This document shows, one piece after another, positions 7,921 to 16,894 of a DNA stretch of 32,000 nt. Numbering within the stretch: position 1 is the first letter of the stretch; every line of letters begins with the position of its first letter. A program made the position numbers and the translations under genes. Source of the DNA: Breznakia blatticola (GTDB lineage: Bacteria > Bacillota_I > Bacilli_A > Erysipelotrichales > Erysipelotrichaceae); assembly GCF_004365815.1 (NCBI RefSeq), contig NZ_SODD01000025.1, forward strand, positions 1 through 32,000, written 5' to 3'. The notes under the pieces were generated by a model. That model did not search any database. It had not been told where the DNA came from and worked only from the letters and a program-made list of their open reading frames with translations.

Positions 7921-8430
7921 ATGATGAAACAAGTACTTGACGCAAATGGTATGCGTCGCTCACTTATACGAATCACACATGAAATTCTTGAACACAATAA
8001 AGGTGTAGATCAAATCGTTTTAGTTGGTATTGAAACACGCGGTATCGACTTAGCTAAGCGAATCCAAACAAACCTTGAAACCTTCGAAAACAAAAAGGTA
8101 GAGTGTTATGGAATTAACGTCTATCCTTGGCGTGATGATGTAAAAGATGAAGCAAAGCCAGAAATTAATTTACCCATCAATGATAAGAAGGTAATTCTTG
8201 TTGATGATGTACTATTTAAAGGTCGAACAGTTCGTGCCGCAATGGATGCTTTAATGGCTAATGCACGCCCAAAAGAAATCCAACTTGCTGTACTTATCGA
8301 TCGAGGACATCGTGAGCTTCCCATTCGTGCAGATTATGTTGGGAAAAATATTCCAAGTTCTATCGATGAAATTATCCGCGTAAAAGTAGAAGAACAAGAT
8401 GGTAACGATGAAGTCGTTATCGAAAAATAA
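7921..8430 (+). CDS. pyrR: Bifunctional pyrimidine operon regulator / uracil phosphoribosyltransferase PyrR
   Basis: Colinear with B. subtilis PyrR (ILD...RRSL.RI.HEI.E.NKG ... VILVDDVLF.GRTVRAAMDAL ... LAVLIDRGHRELPIRADYVGKNIP). Confidence 0.9.
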   Translation: MMKQVLDANGMRRSLIRITHEILEHNKGVDQIVLVGIETRGIDLAKRIQTNLETFENKKVECYGINVYPWRDDVKDEAKPEINLPINDKKVILVDDVLFKGRTVRAAMDALMANARPKEIQLAVLIDRGHRELPIRADYVGKNIPSSIDEIIRVKVEEQDGNDEVVIEK

Positions 8431-8438
8431 GGAGAATT

Positions 8439-9479
8439 ATGAAATTTAACAAAGATTATGTCTTGCGTATTGCAAAAGAATTACTAAGTATTGATAGTCC
8501 GACAGGATACACAAACAAAGCAATCGAATACTTAGAAAAAGAAGTGAATGCCCTTGGATACACATATTCAAGAAATGCAAAAGGAAACTTAATTGTATCT
8601 TTAAAAGGAACTAGTGATTACACGATTGGATTATGTGCACACACTGACACACTTGGTTTAATGGTTCGTTCTATTTCAAGTGATGGAACCCTTGCACTTA
8701 CCAATCTAGGAGGACCATTGATTCCAACTCTTGATGCAGAGTACTGTCGTATTCACACAAGAGAAGGAAATATATACACTGGTACAATTCTTGCCAATGT
8801 ACCAGCAAGTCATGTATATCCTGATGCGGCAACAAAAGAACGCAAAATAGAAAACATGCTTGTACGCATTGATGAAGTTGTAAAAACAAAAGAAGATACA
8901 GAAAAACTTGGTATCCAAAATGGTGACTTTGTGGCTATTGACCCAAAAGTTGAGATTACAAAAAGTGACTTTATTAAATCACGCTTCTTGGATGATAAAA
9001 TTTCAGTTTCTATATTAATGGGAGTATTGGAAGCAATCAAAACCAATAACATAGAACTTCCATACAATGTAGAAATTATCTTCTCAACATATGAAGAAGT
9101 TGGACATGGTTCAAGTAGTATTCCTAGTAATATCAATGAACTTCTCGCAGTTGATATGGGATGTATTGGTTTAGATTTAGCTTGTACAGAGTACGACGTA
9201 AGTATTTGTGCAAAAGATTCAAGTGGACCTTATGATTACAACATGACAACAAAATTGGTGAACCTAGCTAAAGCAAATAAGTTATCCTACGCAGTTGATA
9301 TTTATCCTTACTACGGAAGTGATGTTAGTGCTGCTTTGAGTGGTGGAAACAACATTCGTGGTGCACTGATTGGACCTGGTGTTCATGCAAGCCATGGAAT
9401 GGAACGTACACACTACCAAGCAGTTGAACAAACGATGCAACTTGTATATGCCTATATTACAGACAAAGACCTCGCGTAG
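8439..9479 (+). CDS. M42 family metallopeptidase (glutamyl aminopeptidase / FrvX-YsdC-like)
   Basis: 346 aa with SD AAGGAG. Motifs LLSIDSPTGYT, CAHTDTLGLMV, RFLDDK and YEEVGHGS are typical of M42 peptidases. Starts 8 nt after the pyrR stop. Confidence 0.8.
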   Translation: MKFNKDYVLRIAKELLSIDSPTGYTNKAIEYLEKEVNALGYTYSRNAKGNLIVSLKGTSDYTIGLCAHTDTLGLMVRSISSDGTLALTNLGGPLIPTLDAEYCRIHTREGNIYTGTILANVPASHVYPDAATKERKIENMLVRIDEVVKTKEDTEKLGIQNGDFVAIDPKVEITKSDFIKSRFLDDKISVSILMGVLEAIKTNNIELPYNVEIIFSTYEEVGHGSSSIPSNINELLAVDMGCIGLDLACTEYDVSICAKDSSGPYDYNMTTKLVNLAKANKLSYAVDIYPYYGSDVSAALSGGNNIRGALIGPGVHASHGMERTHYQAVEQTMQLVYAYITDKDLA

Positions 9480-9488
9480 GTCTTTTTT
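9466..9488 (+). terminator. Rho-independent terminator after the M42 gene
   Basis: AAGACCT-cgcgt-AGGTCTT followed by a T-run. The stop codon lies inside the stem. Confidence 0.6.
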
Positions 9489-9513
9489 CTTTGACTAAAG
9501 AAAAAACCAACGA

Positions 9514-9702
9514 TTATCTCGCTGGTTCCCATTTGCATCGTACTGGTGATACGATTGCTTCTTCTTTTTTTAGTTCTTTGAAAGCTTTATCGATTTCTTT
9601 ACGGTCAAGTCCTGATAGCTTTTCAACTTCTCCAGCACTCATAGGTTGACCATGATCTCTCATAACTTCCAATACTTTTTCTTTTACATCCATTGTATCC
9701 AC
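9514..9702 (-). CDS. Small (62 aa) winged-helix DNA-binding-like protein
   Basis: KEKVLEVMRDHGQPMSAGEVEKLSGLDRKEIDKAFKELKKEEAIVSPVRCKWEP resembles small MarR/wHTH-like proteins. AGAGGTGGATAC lies before the ATG. Confidence 0.55.
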   Translation of the reverse strand: MDTMDVKEKVLEVMRDHGQPMSAGEVEKLSGLDRKEIDKAFKELKKEEAIVSPVRCKWEPAR

Positions 9703-9765
9703 CTCTTTCTATTATCTAAACTATAGCAAAAGTAACAATAGAAATTAAAGCGAATTGACCTAAAA

Positions 9766-10581
9766 TTATAGTCCTTGTTCTTTCACGAATGCATAGAAGG
9801 CTTGTTCTGCTTTTTCATCACTTCCAATTGTGCCTACAGGAGCACAATATACAACAAATTCTTCATCACCATCTAGATCAAGTAAAGTGTTACATTTTTC
9901 ATTATCAAATGCTGCAATTCCACAAGTACCTAAGCCAAGTGCGCTACATGCAAGATATAAGTTTTGTCCGACATGACCTGCATCAATCAATGCAACTCTT
10001 TGTGCTTCAGGACCATAACGCCACTCTGCACGATATGCTACAAAACTCCAATACAACATAACATTTGCTTTACTTGCCCATACCTGTCCACATACACTTT
10101 CACTCACTACTTGTTGCATATCATCAAGTTCTTTTAAAAATGCAAGTTGATGAGTCAGTGGCAAATACATGTACACTCCTGGGTTTAATCCCTCACAGTT
10201 ACGCACAACAATATACGTTTCGAAAGGATGACGTGCCCCACCTGAGGCAACTGTGCGAATTGTCGCATATGATTTTCCGCGAATTTCTTTAACCCCTTGA
10301 CTAGCCCACAAGACATACGATACTTGTGCTAAAGACATCACTTCATCTGTATACACACGATGACTTCTTCTTTCATAAAACACCTTAGTTATATCTGAGT
10401 TTACAATTTTGGCATCACTGATTTTAGGTAAGTCAATAATCAAATTAGCTGTAATTGGTTTTGTAAGTGGTGGTTGTTGTAATTTCAGTTCTTGATCACT
10501 TTCAAAATCAATATCTTGATATTTCATAAATGCACGATGTGCTTTAATCATATTTGTTAGTTCTTCTTTTTTCATGTTCAC
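9766..10581 (-). CDS. SagB/ThcOx-family nitroreductase-fold dehydrogenase (orphan)
   Basis: 271 aa. ERRSHRVYTDE, LWASQG, RTVASGGARHPFETYIVV, PGVYMY and DAGHVGQNLYL are typical of the SagB-type nitroreductase family. Confidence 0.75.
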   Translation of the reverse strand: MNMKKEELTNMIKAHRAFMKYQDIDFESDQELKLQQPPLTKPITANLIIDLPKISDAKIVNSDITKVFYERRSHRVYTDEVMSLAQVSYVLWASQGVKEIRGKSYATIRTVASGGARHPFETYIVVRNCEGLNPGVYMYLPLTHQLAFLKELDDMQQVVSESVCGQVWASKANVMLYWSFVAYRAEWRYGPEAQRVALIDAGHVGQNLYLACSALGLGTCGIAAFDNEKCNTLLDLDGDEEFVVYCAPVGTIGSDEKAEQAFYAFVKEQGL

Positions 10582-10810
10582 CTCTTTTCTAAAAGTATAT
10601 CAAACTTTCCTTACAATCTTATGAATATTTGTTTTTTCTTGTATTTCTTTCGATATTAAAATTCATGTTTTTACTTTTTTATGAATCTTTAGCAATATTT
10701 TATGATGTTGCATGTCACTTATTGAGTCTATGGATATGCAATGTTATGATATACATGTTTTTCATACAAATCCTCTGTTAGGAAAACAAATCAATCAAAA
10801 TCTCTATAAG

Positions 10811-10848
10811 ACGCAAAAAGTTTCCCGATTTCAGGAAACTTTTTGCGT
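10811..10848 (-). terminator. Strong hairpin terminator downstream of ptsI (15-bp perfect stem)
   Basis: ACGCAAAAAGTTTCC-cgatttca-GGAAACTTTTTGCGT. Begins 8 nt after the ptsI stop and has T-rich flanks on both strands. Confidence 0.7.
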
Positions 10849-10855
10849 TTTATGC

Positions 10856-12562
10856 TTATTTATTAATTACTGATTCAACGTAAGCTTCAACTTCAGCAGC
10901 AGTTTCAAATGATAAACATTTTTCAGCTACAGCTTCCATTTCTTTCTTATCTAATGATGTAACCATTTTACGAGCACGTAAGATTGAAGTTGCTGACATA
11001 GAGAATTCATCAAGTCCAAGACCTAGAAGAATTGCAACTGCATTTGGTTCTCCAGCCATTTCTCCACACATACCAGCCCATTTTCCTTCTTTGTGAGCTC
11101 CATCAATTGTCATTTTAATTAGACGTAAGATTGCTGGGTTGTATGGTTGGTATAAGTAACTTACTTTTTCACTCATACGGTCAGCAGCCATTGAGTATTG
11201 GATAAGGTCATTTGTTCCAATTGAGAAGAAGTCAGCGTGTTTAGCAAATTGGTCAGCAAGTACTGCAGCAGCAGGAATTTCAACCATCATACCGACTTCG
11301 ATGTTGTCACTAACTTCAACACCTTCAGCAATTAATTCAGCTTTACATTCTTCGAAGAATGCTTTTGCTTCTACGAATTCATTAACTGTCGCAATCATTG
11401 GGAACATAATACATAATCTTCCGTAGATTGATGCACGACATAATGCACGTAATTGTGTTCTGAAGATATCTTTTCTGTCTAAGCATAGACGAATTGCACG
11501 ATATCCTAAGAATGGGTTCATTTCTTCTGGGAATTCAAAGTAAGGAAGTTTTTTATCTCCACCGATGTCTAATGTACGAACAACGACACGTTTTCCTTTC
11601 ATTCCTTCAAGAACCATCTTGTATGCGATGAATTGCTCATCTTCTGTTGGGAATTCTTGAGAGTTCATGTATAAGAACTCTGTACGGTAAAGTCCAACAC
11701 CTTCTCCACCATTTTCTAATACACCTTCAACATCTTTTGGTGTTCCGATGTTTCCAGCTAATTCTACATGGTGACCATCTTTAGAAATTGATGGTTTATC
11801 TACTAATACTTTAAGTGCTTCTTTTTCTTCTTCGTGTGCAACACGTTTTGCTTCGTATTCCACTTTTTGTTCAGCAGTAGGATCTAAAATTACATCCCCT
11901 TTAATTGCATCAAGAATTACTTCTTGACCGTGTTTTGCTGTTTCAAGGATTCCAGCACATCCAACAACTGCAGGAATTTCTAAACTTCTTGCCATAATTG
12001 CTGAGTGACTTGTTCTACCACCAATTTCAGTAGCAAATCCTTTTGTATACGCTTTGTTTAATTGTGCTGTATCAGATGGAGTTAAATCGTAAGCAACGAT
12101 TACAACTTCTTCGTTAATTGCTGTTAAATCAGGAATTTCTACTCCTAATAAGTTAGCTTTTAAACGAACTGTAACATCTTTAATATCTGCTGCACGTTCA
12201 CGCATATATGCATCTTCCATTGCTTCGAACATAGAAACATACATATTTGCTACACTGTCAGCAGCATATTCTGCATTACAATTGTCTGAATTGATTTGTC
12301 CTTCAACAGCACCAATGAATTCTGGATCTTGTGCAACCATTAAGTGTGCATCGAAAACTGCTAATTCTTCAGCAGATAAGTTTTGTGAAGCTCTTTCCTT
12401 AATTGCTTCAATGTCCTTAACTGTTTTTTCAACTGCAGCCTTTAATTTTGCAACTTCTTCTTCTGGGTTTGCCGTTTTTTTCTCGATTTTCATTTCTGGC
12501 ATTTCAAGTTTGTATACTTTAGCAATAGCTACACCACTTGACGCCGCAATACCTTTTAACAT
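10856..12562 (-). CDS. ptsI: Phosphoenolpyruvate-protein phosphotransferase (PTS Enzyme I)
   Basis: [15 protein letters not shown] start, [13 protein letters not shown] phospho-His region and GTNDLIQY. Start set at ATG 12562 because GGAGGA lies 6 nt upstream. The ORF-track start at 12601 would overlap the -10 box. Confidence 0.92.
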   Translation of the reverse strand: MLKGIAASSGVAIAKVYKLEMPEMKIEKKTANPEEEVAKLKAAVEKTVKDIEAIKERASQNLSAEELAVFDAHLMVAQDPEFIGAVEGQINSDNCNAEYAADSVANMYVSMFEAMEDAYMRERAADIKDVTVRLKANLLGVEIPDLTAINEEVVIVAYDLTPSDTAQLNKAYTKGFATEIGGRTSHSAIMARSLEIPAVVGCAGILETAKHGQEVILDAIKGDVILDPTAEQKVEYEAKRVAHEEEKEALKVLVDKPSISKDGHHVELAGNIGTPKDVEGVLENGGEGVGLYRTEFLYMNSQEFPTEDEQFIAYKMVLEGMKGKRVVVRTLDIGGDKKLPYFEFPEEMNPFLGYRAIRLCLDRKDIFRTQLRALCRASIYGRLCIMFPMIATVNEFVEAKAFFEECKAELIAEGVEVSDNIEVGMMVEIPAAAVLADQFAKHADFFSIGTNDLIQYSMAADRMSEKVSYLYQPYNPAILRLIKMTIDGAHKEGKWAGMCGEMAGEPNAVAILLGLGLDEFSMSATSILRARKMVTSLDKKEMEAVAEKCLSFETAAEVEAYVESVINK

Positions 12563-12600
12563 ATTACATCCTCCGAATCTCTTATTAATCTCTACTGTCA

Positions 12601-12628
12601 ATTATAACAAACTCATAGTCAAAATCAA
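12601..12628 (-). promoter_or_regulatory. Candidate sigma-A promoter for ptsI (TTGATT - 16 nt - TGtTATAAT)
   Basis: The minus strand reads TTGATTttgactatgagttTGtTATAAT, about 35 nt upstream of the ptsI ATG. Confidence 0.5.
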
Positions 12629-12667
12629 ATAAGTTATGCATCTTTTGAAAACGGTCTCATTATTTAT

Positions 12668-12709
12668 AAAAACATAAGAAAACAAAAGAGCATAACCCTT
12701 TTGTTCTCT
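12668..12709 (-). terminator. Terminator after the LRR surface protein gene
   Basis: AACAAAAG/CTTTTGTT stem, extended by AGA/TCT with one mismatch. A T-rich tract follows on the minus strand. Confidence 0.5.
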
Positions 12710-12738
12710 TACATATAATACTTTGTAGTTTAGAATTG

Positions 12739-15480
12739 TTATTTTGATTTTCTTTTATTACGTAAAACAACCATTCCACCTGTCAATGCGATCAATCCAA
12801 GGTAAATAAACCATTCAACACTTGTCGAATCACCTGTATCTACGACTTTATTTGCATCTTTTACTTGCCCATTGAAATCTGGTGCAATGGATGGATTTGA
12901 AGGATTGCTTGGCGAATCTGTATTTGTCTCATTATTAACTGGTGGAAGTACAATTTTTTCCCACTTCGCAACTAATGTTACATCATTATAAATTAAGGTA
13001 TCAAAATCCCAGCTTTGTCCATCAGAAAGTTCCCATCCTTTAAAAATATATCCATCTCTTTCTGGGTCTAACGGTTTTGTTGATGTATTTCCATATTCAA
13101 CTTTTTGTGAATCAATTGGATCACTAGTTCCACCATTCAAATCAAAGATGATGTCAAACTTCGCTATTTCCCAAATATATGTATCTGGAATACTTCCATC
13201 GTAGCTATCCATAAATGTTGTACTATCTGCATATGTATTTCCAGTATGAATACCAATCCAACGACCTGTGTATTTTCCACTTGTCGTATCAATTAATGGC
13301 AATGCAGCACTCTGATCAAGTATGGCATTAGGTCCCAATTGTATAGAACTAAGAAGTGTACAATTGTAAAACATTTGCACAAAATCCGTTACATTTGATG
13401 TATCCCAATTTTCTAAATTAATTTTCTCTAAACTTTGATTTTCATAGAACATACGTTGCATATTTACTACATTACTTGTATCCCAATTGGATAAGTCTAA
13501 TTCCGTAATTGAAGGGCATAGATCAAACATATTTGACATATTAGTCACATTTGCTGTATTCCAATTCGCAATTTCTAAACCATCCAATACGGCGCAGTCA
13601 TGGAACATAAATGACATATCCATAACACTTGATGTATCCCAGTCTTTCATATCTAGTGTTTCAAGTGCACTACATCCTAAGAACATACTTCCCATGGTTG
13701 TAACATTTTCTACATTCCAATCGCTAACATCTAGGTTATTGATATTCTTACTTCTAAAAAACATTAAGTCCATTGCTGTAACACTTCCAGTATCCCAATT
13801 ACTTACATCAAGTGATTCCAAGCTTTCGCAAGCATAAAACATACTCGACATATCTGTAACATTTTCTACGTTCCAATCTGAAACATTAAGATCTGTTAAT
13901 ACTTTACAATTAACAAACATCCCACTCATATCTGTTACAACACCAACATTCCAATCATCGACTGATAATCCAGTGAGTTTGTTGCAACCATAGAACATTT
14001 GTTTCATGCTTTCCACTTTTTCTGTATTCCATGTACTTACATCAAGGTTGTCTAAAATCGTACATCCATAAAACATGCTACGCATATTTTCTACAAGTCC
14101 GACATTCCATTCTTCAACATCTAACACCTCAAGATTCGCACATCCTGAAAACATACTACTCATGTCTTTTACTGCAGCTACATTCCAAGTACTAACATCA
14201 ACATCTGAAAGTTTCGTACATCCCGAGAACATAAATGCCATCGTATTTACATTCCCTACATTCCAATCACTTACAGCAATTTCTTCCAATTTCTTACAGT
14301 TCCAAAACATGTAACTCATATCTTGAATATTATGCACATCCCAATTATCAATTGTTAATGTTGTTAGTGCTTCACAATCTGTAAACATGCTTTTTGTTGA
14401 TAATGTTTTTGATAAATCCCAACCTGAAAGATCAATGCTTGTTAATTTTGTACTACTTCTAAACATATTCTCTAGTGTTTTAACACTTGATGTTTCCCAA
14501 TCAGATAAATCTAAATTTTCTAATTTCGTACAATATCTAAACATGTTTTCCATTGTTTCAACTTTACGCACATCAAAAGATTCAACGTTAATTTCTTCCA
14601 GTGCAAAACATTGGTCAAACATGAATTTCATATCTTTAACTTCACCAGTATCCCAAGTATCTACCTTTAATTCAGTGATTATTTTACATCCTTTAAACAT
14701 TGATGACATATTTGTCACAGCACTTGTGTCCCAATCTTCTACATCAATTTCTGCAAGTACTGAACAACCATCAAACATTCCCATCATTAAGGTTACATTT
14801 TCTGTATCCCATAATGATACATCGACATTTGTTAATGCAGAACATCCTTTAAACATGTATGACATATCTGTAAAAGTTGATGTGTTCCATGATGATACAT
14901 CAATACTTGTTAGTGAACTACATCCCTCAAACATACTTTGCGCGTTAACTGGTCCTGAAAACGTAATCTTCTCTGCACCAACCACAGTTTCTAAACTTGT
15001 GAATTTTTCAAACATACTTGCTGCATTTGTAATTGTCACTGGTTGTGCAAATGTAATCTTCTTAATTTGATTTTTGTGTTGAACAAAGTTATTAGGATTT
15101 GCCCAATGTTCTCCAGTCAATACACCTTGTTGGTAACTTTTGTTTCCACATGTATTCGTTAGTGTACCACCTTCTAGCACGAGTTCTCCATCTGCATACA
15201 ACGTCCAAGTTACACCCCACGTGTTTGTATCAACAACTACACGATCTGCTTGTGGCAAAATCTCTACAGTTTTTGCACTTGGTTTTGTCTCATCCTTAAT
15301 TTCTGTTTGCTCATCTACACGCTTAACAACTTCATCTTCCTTATTAGCTGTTTCTTCGTTTACCTCATCAGTAGTTTGCTCATTTGCATGTATTTCTTCT
15401 TTTGCTAGTACAATACCGTTTGATGAAACTACAATAATTCCAATCAACATCAAAATTACTATCTTTTTTAATTTATCCAT
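12739..15480 (-). CDS. BspA-type / DUF285 leucine-rich-repeat cell-surface protein with a Listeria-Bacteroides repeat and a C-terminal anchor
   Basis: 913 aa with a signal peptide. About 22 tandem 25-aa units fit MFxxCxxLxxLDVSxW(N/D)TxxVTxM. A Flg_new-like unit is present (FDLNGGTS...GYIFKGWEL...DVTLVAKW). The C-terminus has VVDTGDST, a hydrophobic helix and an RNKRKSK tail. Confidence 0.85.
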   Translation of the reverse strand: MDKLKKIVILMLIGIIVVSSNGIVLAKEEIHANEQTTDEVNEETANKEDEVVKRVDEQTEIKDETKPSAKTVEILPQADRVVVDTNTWGVTWTLYADGELVLEGGTLTNTCGNKSYQQGVLTGEHWANPNNFVQHKNQIKKITFAQPVTITNAASMFEKFTSLETVVGAEKITFSGPVNAQSMFEGCSSLTSIDVSSWNTSTFTDMSYMFKGCSALTNVDVSLWDTENVTLMMGMFDGCSVLAEIDVEDWDTSAVTNMSSMFKGCKIITELKVDTWDTGEVKDMKFMFDQCFALEEINVESFDVRKVETMENMFRYCTKLENLDLSDWETSSVKTLENMFRSSTKLTSIDLSGWDLSKTLSTKSMFTDCEALTTLTIDNWDVHNIQDMSYMFWNCKKLEEIAVSDWNVGNVNTMAFMFSGCTKLSDVDVSTWNVAAVKDMSSMFSGCANLEVLDVEEWNVGLVENMRSMFYGCTILDNLDVSTWNTEKVESMKQMFYGCNKLTGLSVDDWNVGVVTDMSGMFVNCKVLTDLNVSDWNVENVTDMSSMFYACESLESLDVSNWDTGSVTAMDLMFFRSKNINNLDVSDWNVENVTTMGSMFLGCSALETLDMKDWDTSSVMDMSFMFHDCAVLDGLEIANWNTANVTNMSNMFDLCPSITELDLSNWDTSNVVNMQRMFYENQSLEKINLENWDTSNVTDFVQMFYNCTLLSSIQLGPNAILDQSAALPLIDTTSGKYTGRWIGIHTGNTYADSTTFMDSYDGSIPDTYIWEIAKFDIIFDLNGGTSDPIDSQKVEYGNTSTKPLDPERDGYIFKGWELSDGQSWDFDTLIYNDVTLVAKWEKIVLPPVNNETNTDSPSNPSNPSIAPDFNGQVKDANKVVDTGDSTSVEWFIYLGLIALTGGMVVLRNKRKSK
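13320..15033 (-). repeat. About 22 tandem 75-nt coding repeats (25-aa LRR units) inside the surface protein gene
   Basis: The motif W(D/N)(T/V)xxVxxMxxMF recurs with a 25-aa period about 20 times, plus two degenerate units at the N-terminal side. Confidence 0.8.
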
Positions 15481-15510
15481 ACTTTTTCCTCTCTATAACA
15501 CTTGCTATTT

Positions 15511-15542
15511 GTTAGATATTCAAAATACAAAATAGTTTGAAC
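15511..15542 (-). promoter_or_regulatory. ECF-type promoter candidate for the LRR gene: GTTCAAAC-N15-ATATCTAAC
   Basis: The minus strand reads GTTCAAACtattttgtattttgaATATCTAAC, ending about 30 nt upstream of the LRR gene ATG. The 8-mer, 9-mer and spacing are identical to the element at 16895..16926. Confidence 0.6.
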
Positions 15543-16855
15543 TAAATTGTAAAACTGAATTCATTACAATGTTTTTTCATATCACACAACATCACTTCAA
15601 TTTTCTTGTCCTGATTTAGTGATACATACAACTCTTTTGTTAGTGGAACTTTGCTTCCATTTACAATCACATATGACAAATCATAGTTAATGTCATATTC
15701 CGCTTCTTGAACGATGAAATATCCAACATCATCTTTTACTTTGATTCCCTTTATAACAGGAATTTTTTGATCAATATTATCTACTTCAAAATATTGCTCA
15801 TCATTTCCTACTTTCACATAATACCTTCCATTATCATTCGCATACATTTGAATATATTCATCAAATATTGTGTATGCACAGTTTTCATCTTGAAATGTAA
15901 TTTGAACTGCATCAGTTACCTTTTCTTTTGTATAAATACGTATTTCAATTGGTCCGGCAATTGGTGACTGATCATACGCAATCGATGCAATCGTATCCTC
16001 TCGATTTGAAACTTTGTATACTGGATGACTCGTAATTGACGGATATACATCATAAAGCAAATCATGATCTTGTAATATTCCAAAGGCTTGTGGAAATATC
16101 ATCACTGCTGCAAGGAAAACCGTGAATAATACTCCACTTTTCTCACTTCTTATCATCGCATTCACAAAATCACGTATACTTCCATGTCGAATCGATTGCT
16201 CATTACTACCAATCGATGGATGTGTTTGCTCTTTTGCTTGATACCTATTTGTCATTTCTTGATACAACAATGGAATCCCTGTCACACTGAAGTATTTTCT
16301 AGGATGATATCCTTGATCTTTCAAATCCTTCGATACCTTCTTACGAATTTCATACAATCTACTTTTTACCTTTTTTGTGTCTACATCCATTTCACTCGCA
16401 ATTTCATCCATTGAAAATCCACCTAAGAATCGCAATTCTGCAGTTCTTTTATTGTTTTGATTCAACTTTGAAAATGACTGAATGATTGCATCCATTAAGG
16501 AAGAACGCGTTAATTCATCAATTTGATTATCTTTTGCTTCTACTACCTCTTCGATTGCATTTTCATCATCTAACTGAATATACTTATTTTGCTTATTTAA
16601 TCTTGCATTACACTCATTTGTTGCAATCGTGAACATCCATGAATGAAATGCATCAAGTTTCTTTAATTGATGAATCTTCATTTGTACTTTAAGCATCACT
16701 TCCTGAACGACTTCCTCTGCTTCATGTGCATTTTTCAAAATTGAAAATGCATAATAATAAAGAGGTCCACGATAAAACTTATAAATTTCATTTAATGCAT
16801 TTGCATTTCCTTCTTGTAGTTCCTTTACATATGCATTAGATATTCGGCTTGCCAC
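15542..16855 (-). CDS. Sigma-70 family (ECF-like) sigma factor fused to a transmembrane helix and a C-terminal extracytoplasmic domain of about 175 aa
   Basis: 437 aa. Region-2-like segment: EAEEVVQEVMLKVQMKIHQL..FHSWMFTIATNECNARL. Region-4 HTH: ELRFLGGFSMDEIASEMDVDTKKVKSRLYEIRKKV. A single hydrophobic span follows (GVLFTVFLAAVMIFPQAFGIL), then an unassigned domain. GTG start. Confidence 0.8.
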   Translation of the reverse strand: MASRISNAYVKELQEGNANALNEIYKFYRGPLYYYAFSILKNAHEAEEVVQEVMLKVQMKIHQLKKLDAFHSWMFTIATNECNARLNKQNKYIQLDDENAIEEVVEAKDNQIDELTRSSLMDAIIQSFSKLNQNNKRTAELRFLGGFSMDEIASEMDVDTKKVKSRLYEIRKKVSKDLKDQGYHPRKYFSVTGIPLLYQEMTNRYQAKEQTHPSIGSNEQSIRHGSIRDFVNAMIRSEKSGVLFTVFLAAVMIFPQAFGILQDHDLLYDVYPSITSHPVYKVSNREDTIASIAYDQSPIAGPIEIRIYTKEKVTDAVQITFQDENCAYTIFDEYIQMYANDNGRYYVKVGNDEQYFEVDNIDQKIPVIKGIKVKDDVGYFIVQEAEYDINYDLSYVIVNGSKVPLTKELYVSLNQDKKIEVMLCDMKKHCNEFSFTI

Positions 16856-16894
16856 TACACACCACCACTCCTCTCACATTCACACATCCCATTA

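Noticed and set aside
9766-10581. A thiazole/oxazole-modified microcin (TOMM/RiPP) cluster, suggested by the SagB-like gene
   Set aside because: No YcaO cyclodehydratase, docking protein, precursor peptide or ABC exporter lies within the flanking genes.
10582-10810. Possible small plus-strand transcript or 16-codon ORF in the 274-nt gap between the SagB-like gene and the ptsI terminator
   Set aside because: Promoter-like hexamers are weak, with only a TGaTATACA-type -10. The mini-ORF has no SD. The region is more simply the promoter/5' UTR of the SagB-like gene.
13487-15535. Long plus-strand ORFs (116, 79, 227, 66 and 131 aa) antisense to the LRR surface protein gene
   Set aside because: They lie entirely inside a well-supported 913-aa minus-strand gene made of tandem repeats. 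Their Ser/Phe/Thr-rich, low-complexity sequences mirror the repeat period. No SD or family resemblance was seen. These are typical antisense artefacts of repetitive AT-rich coding DNA.
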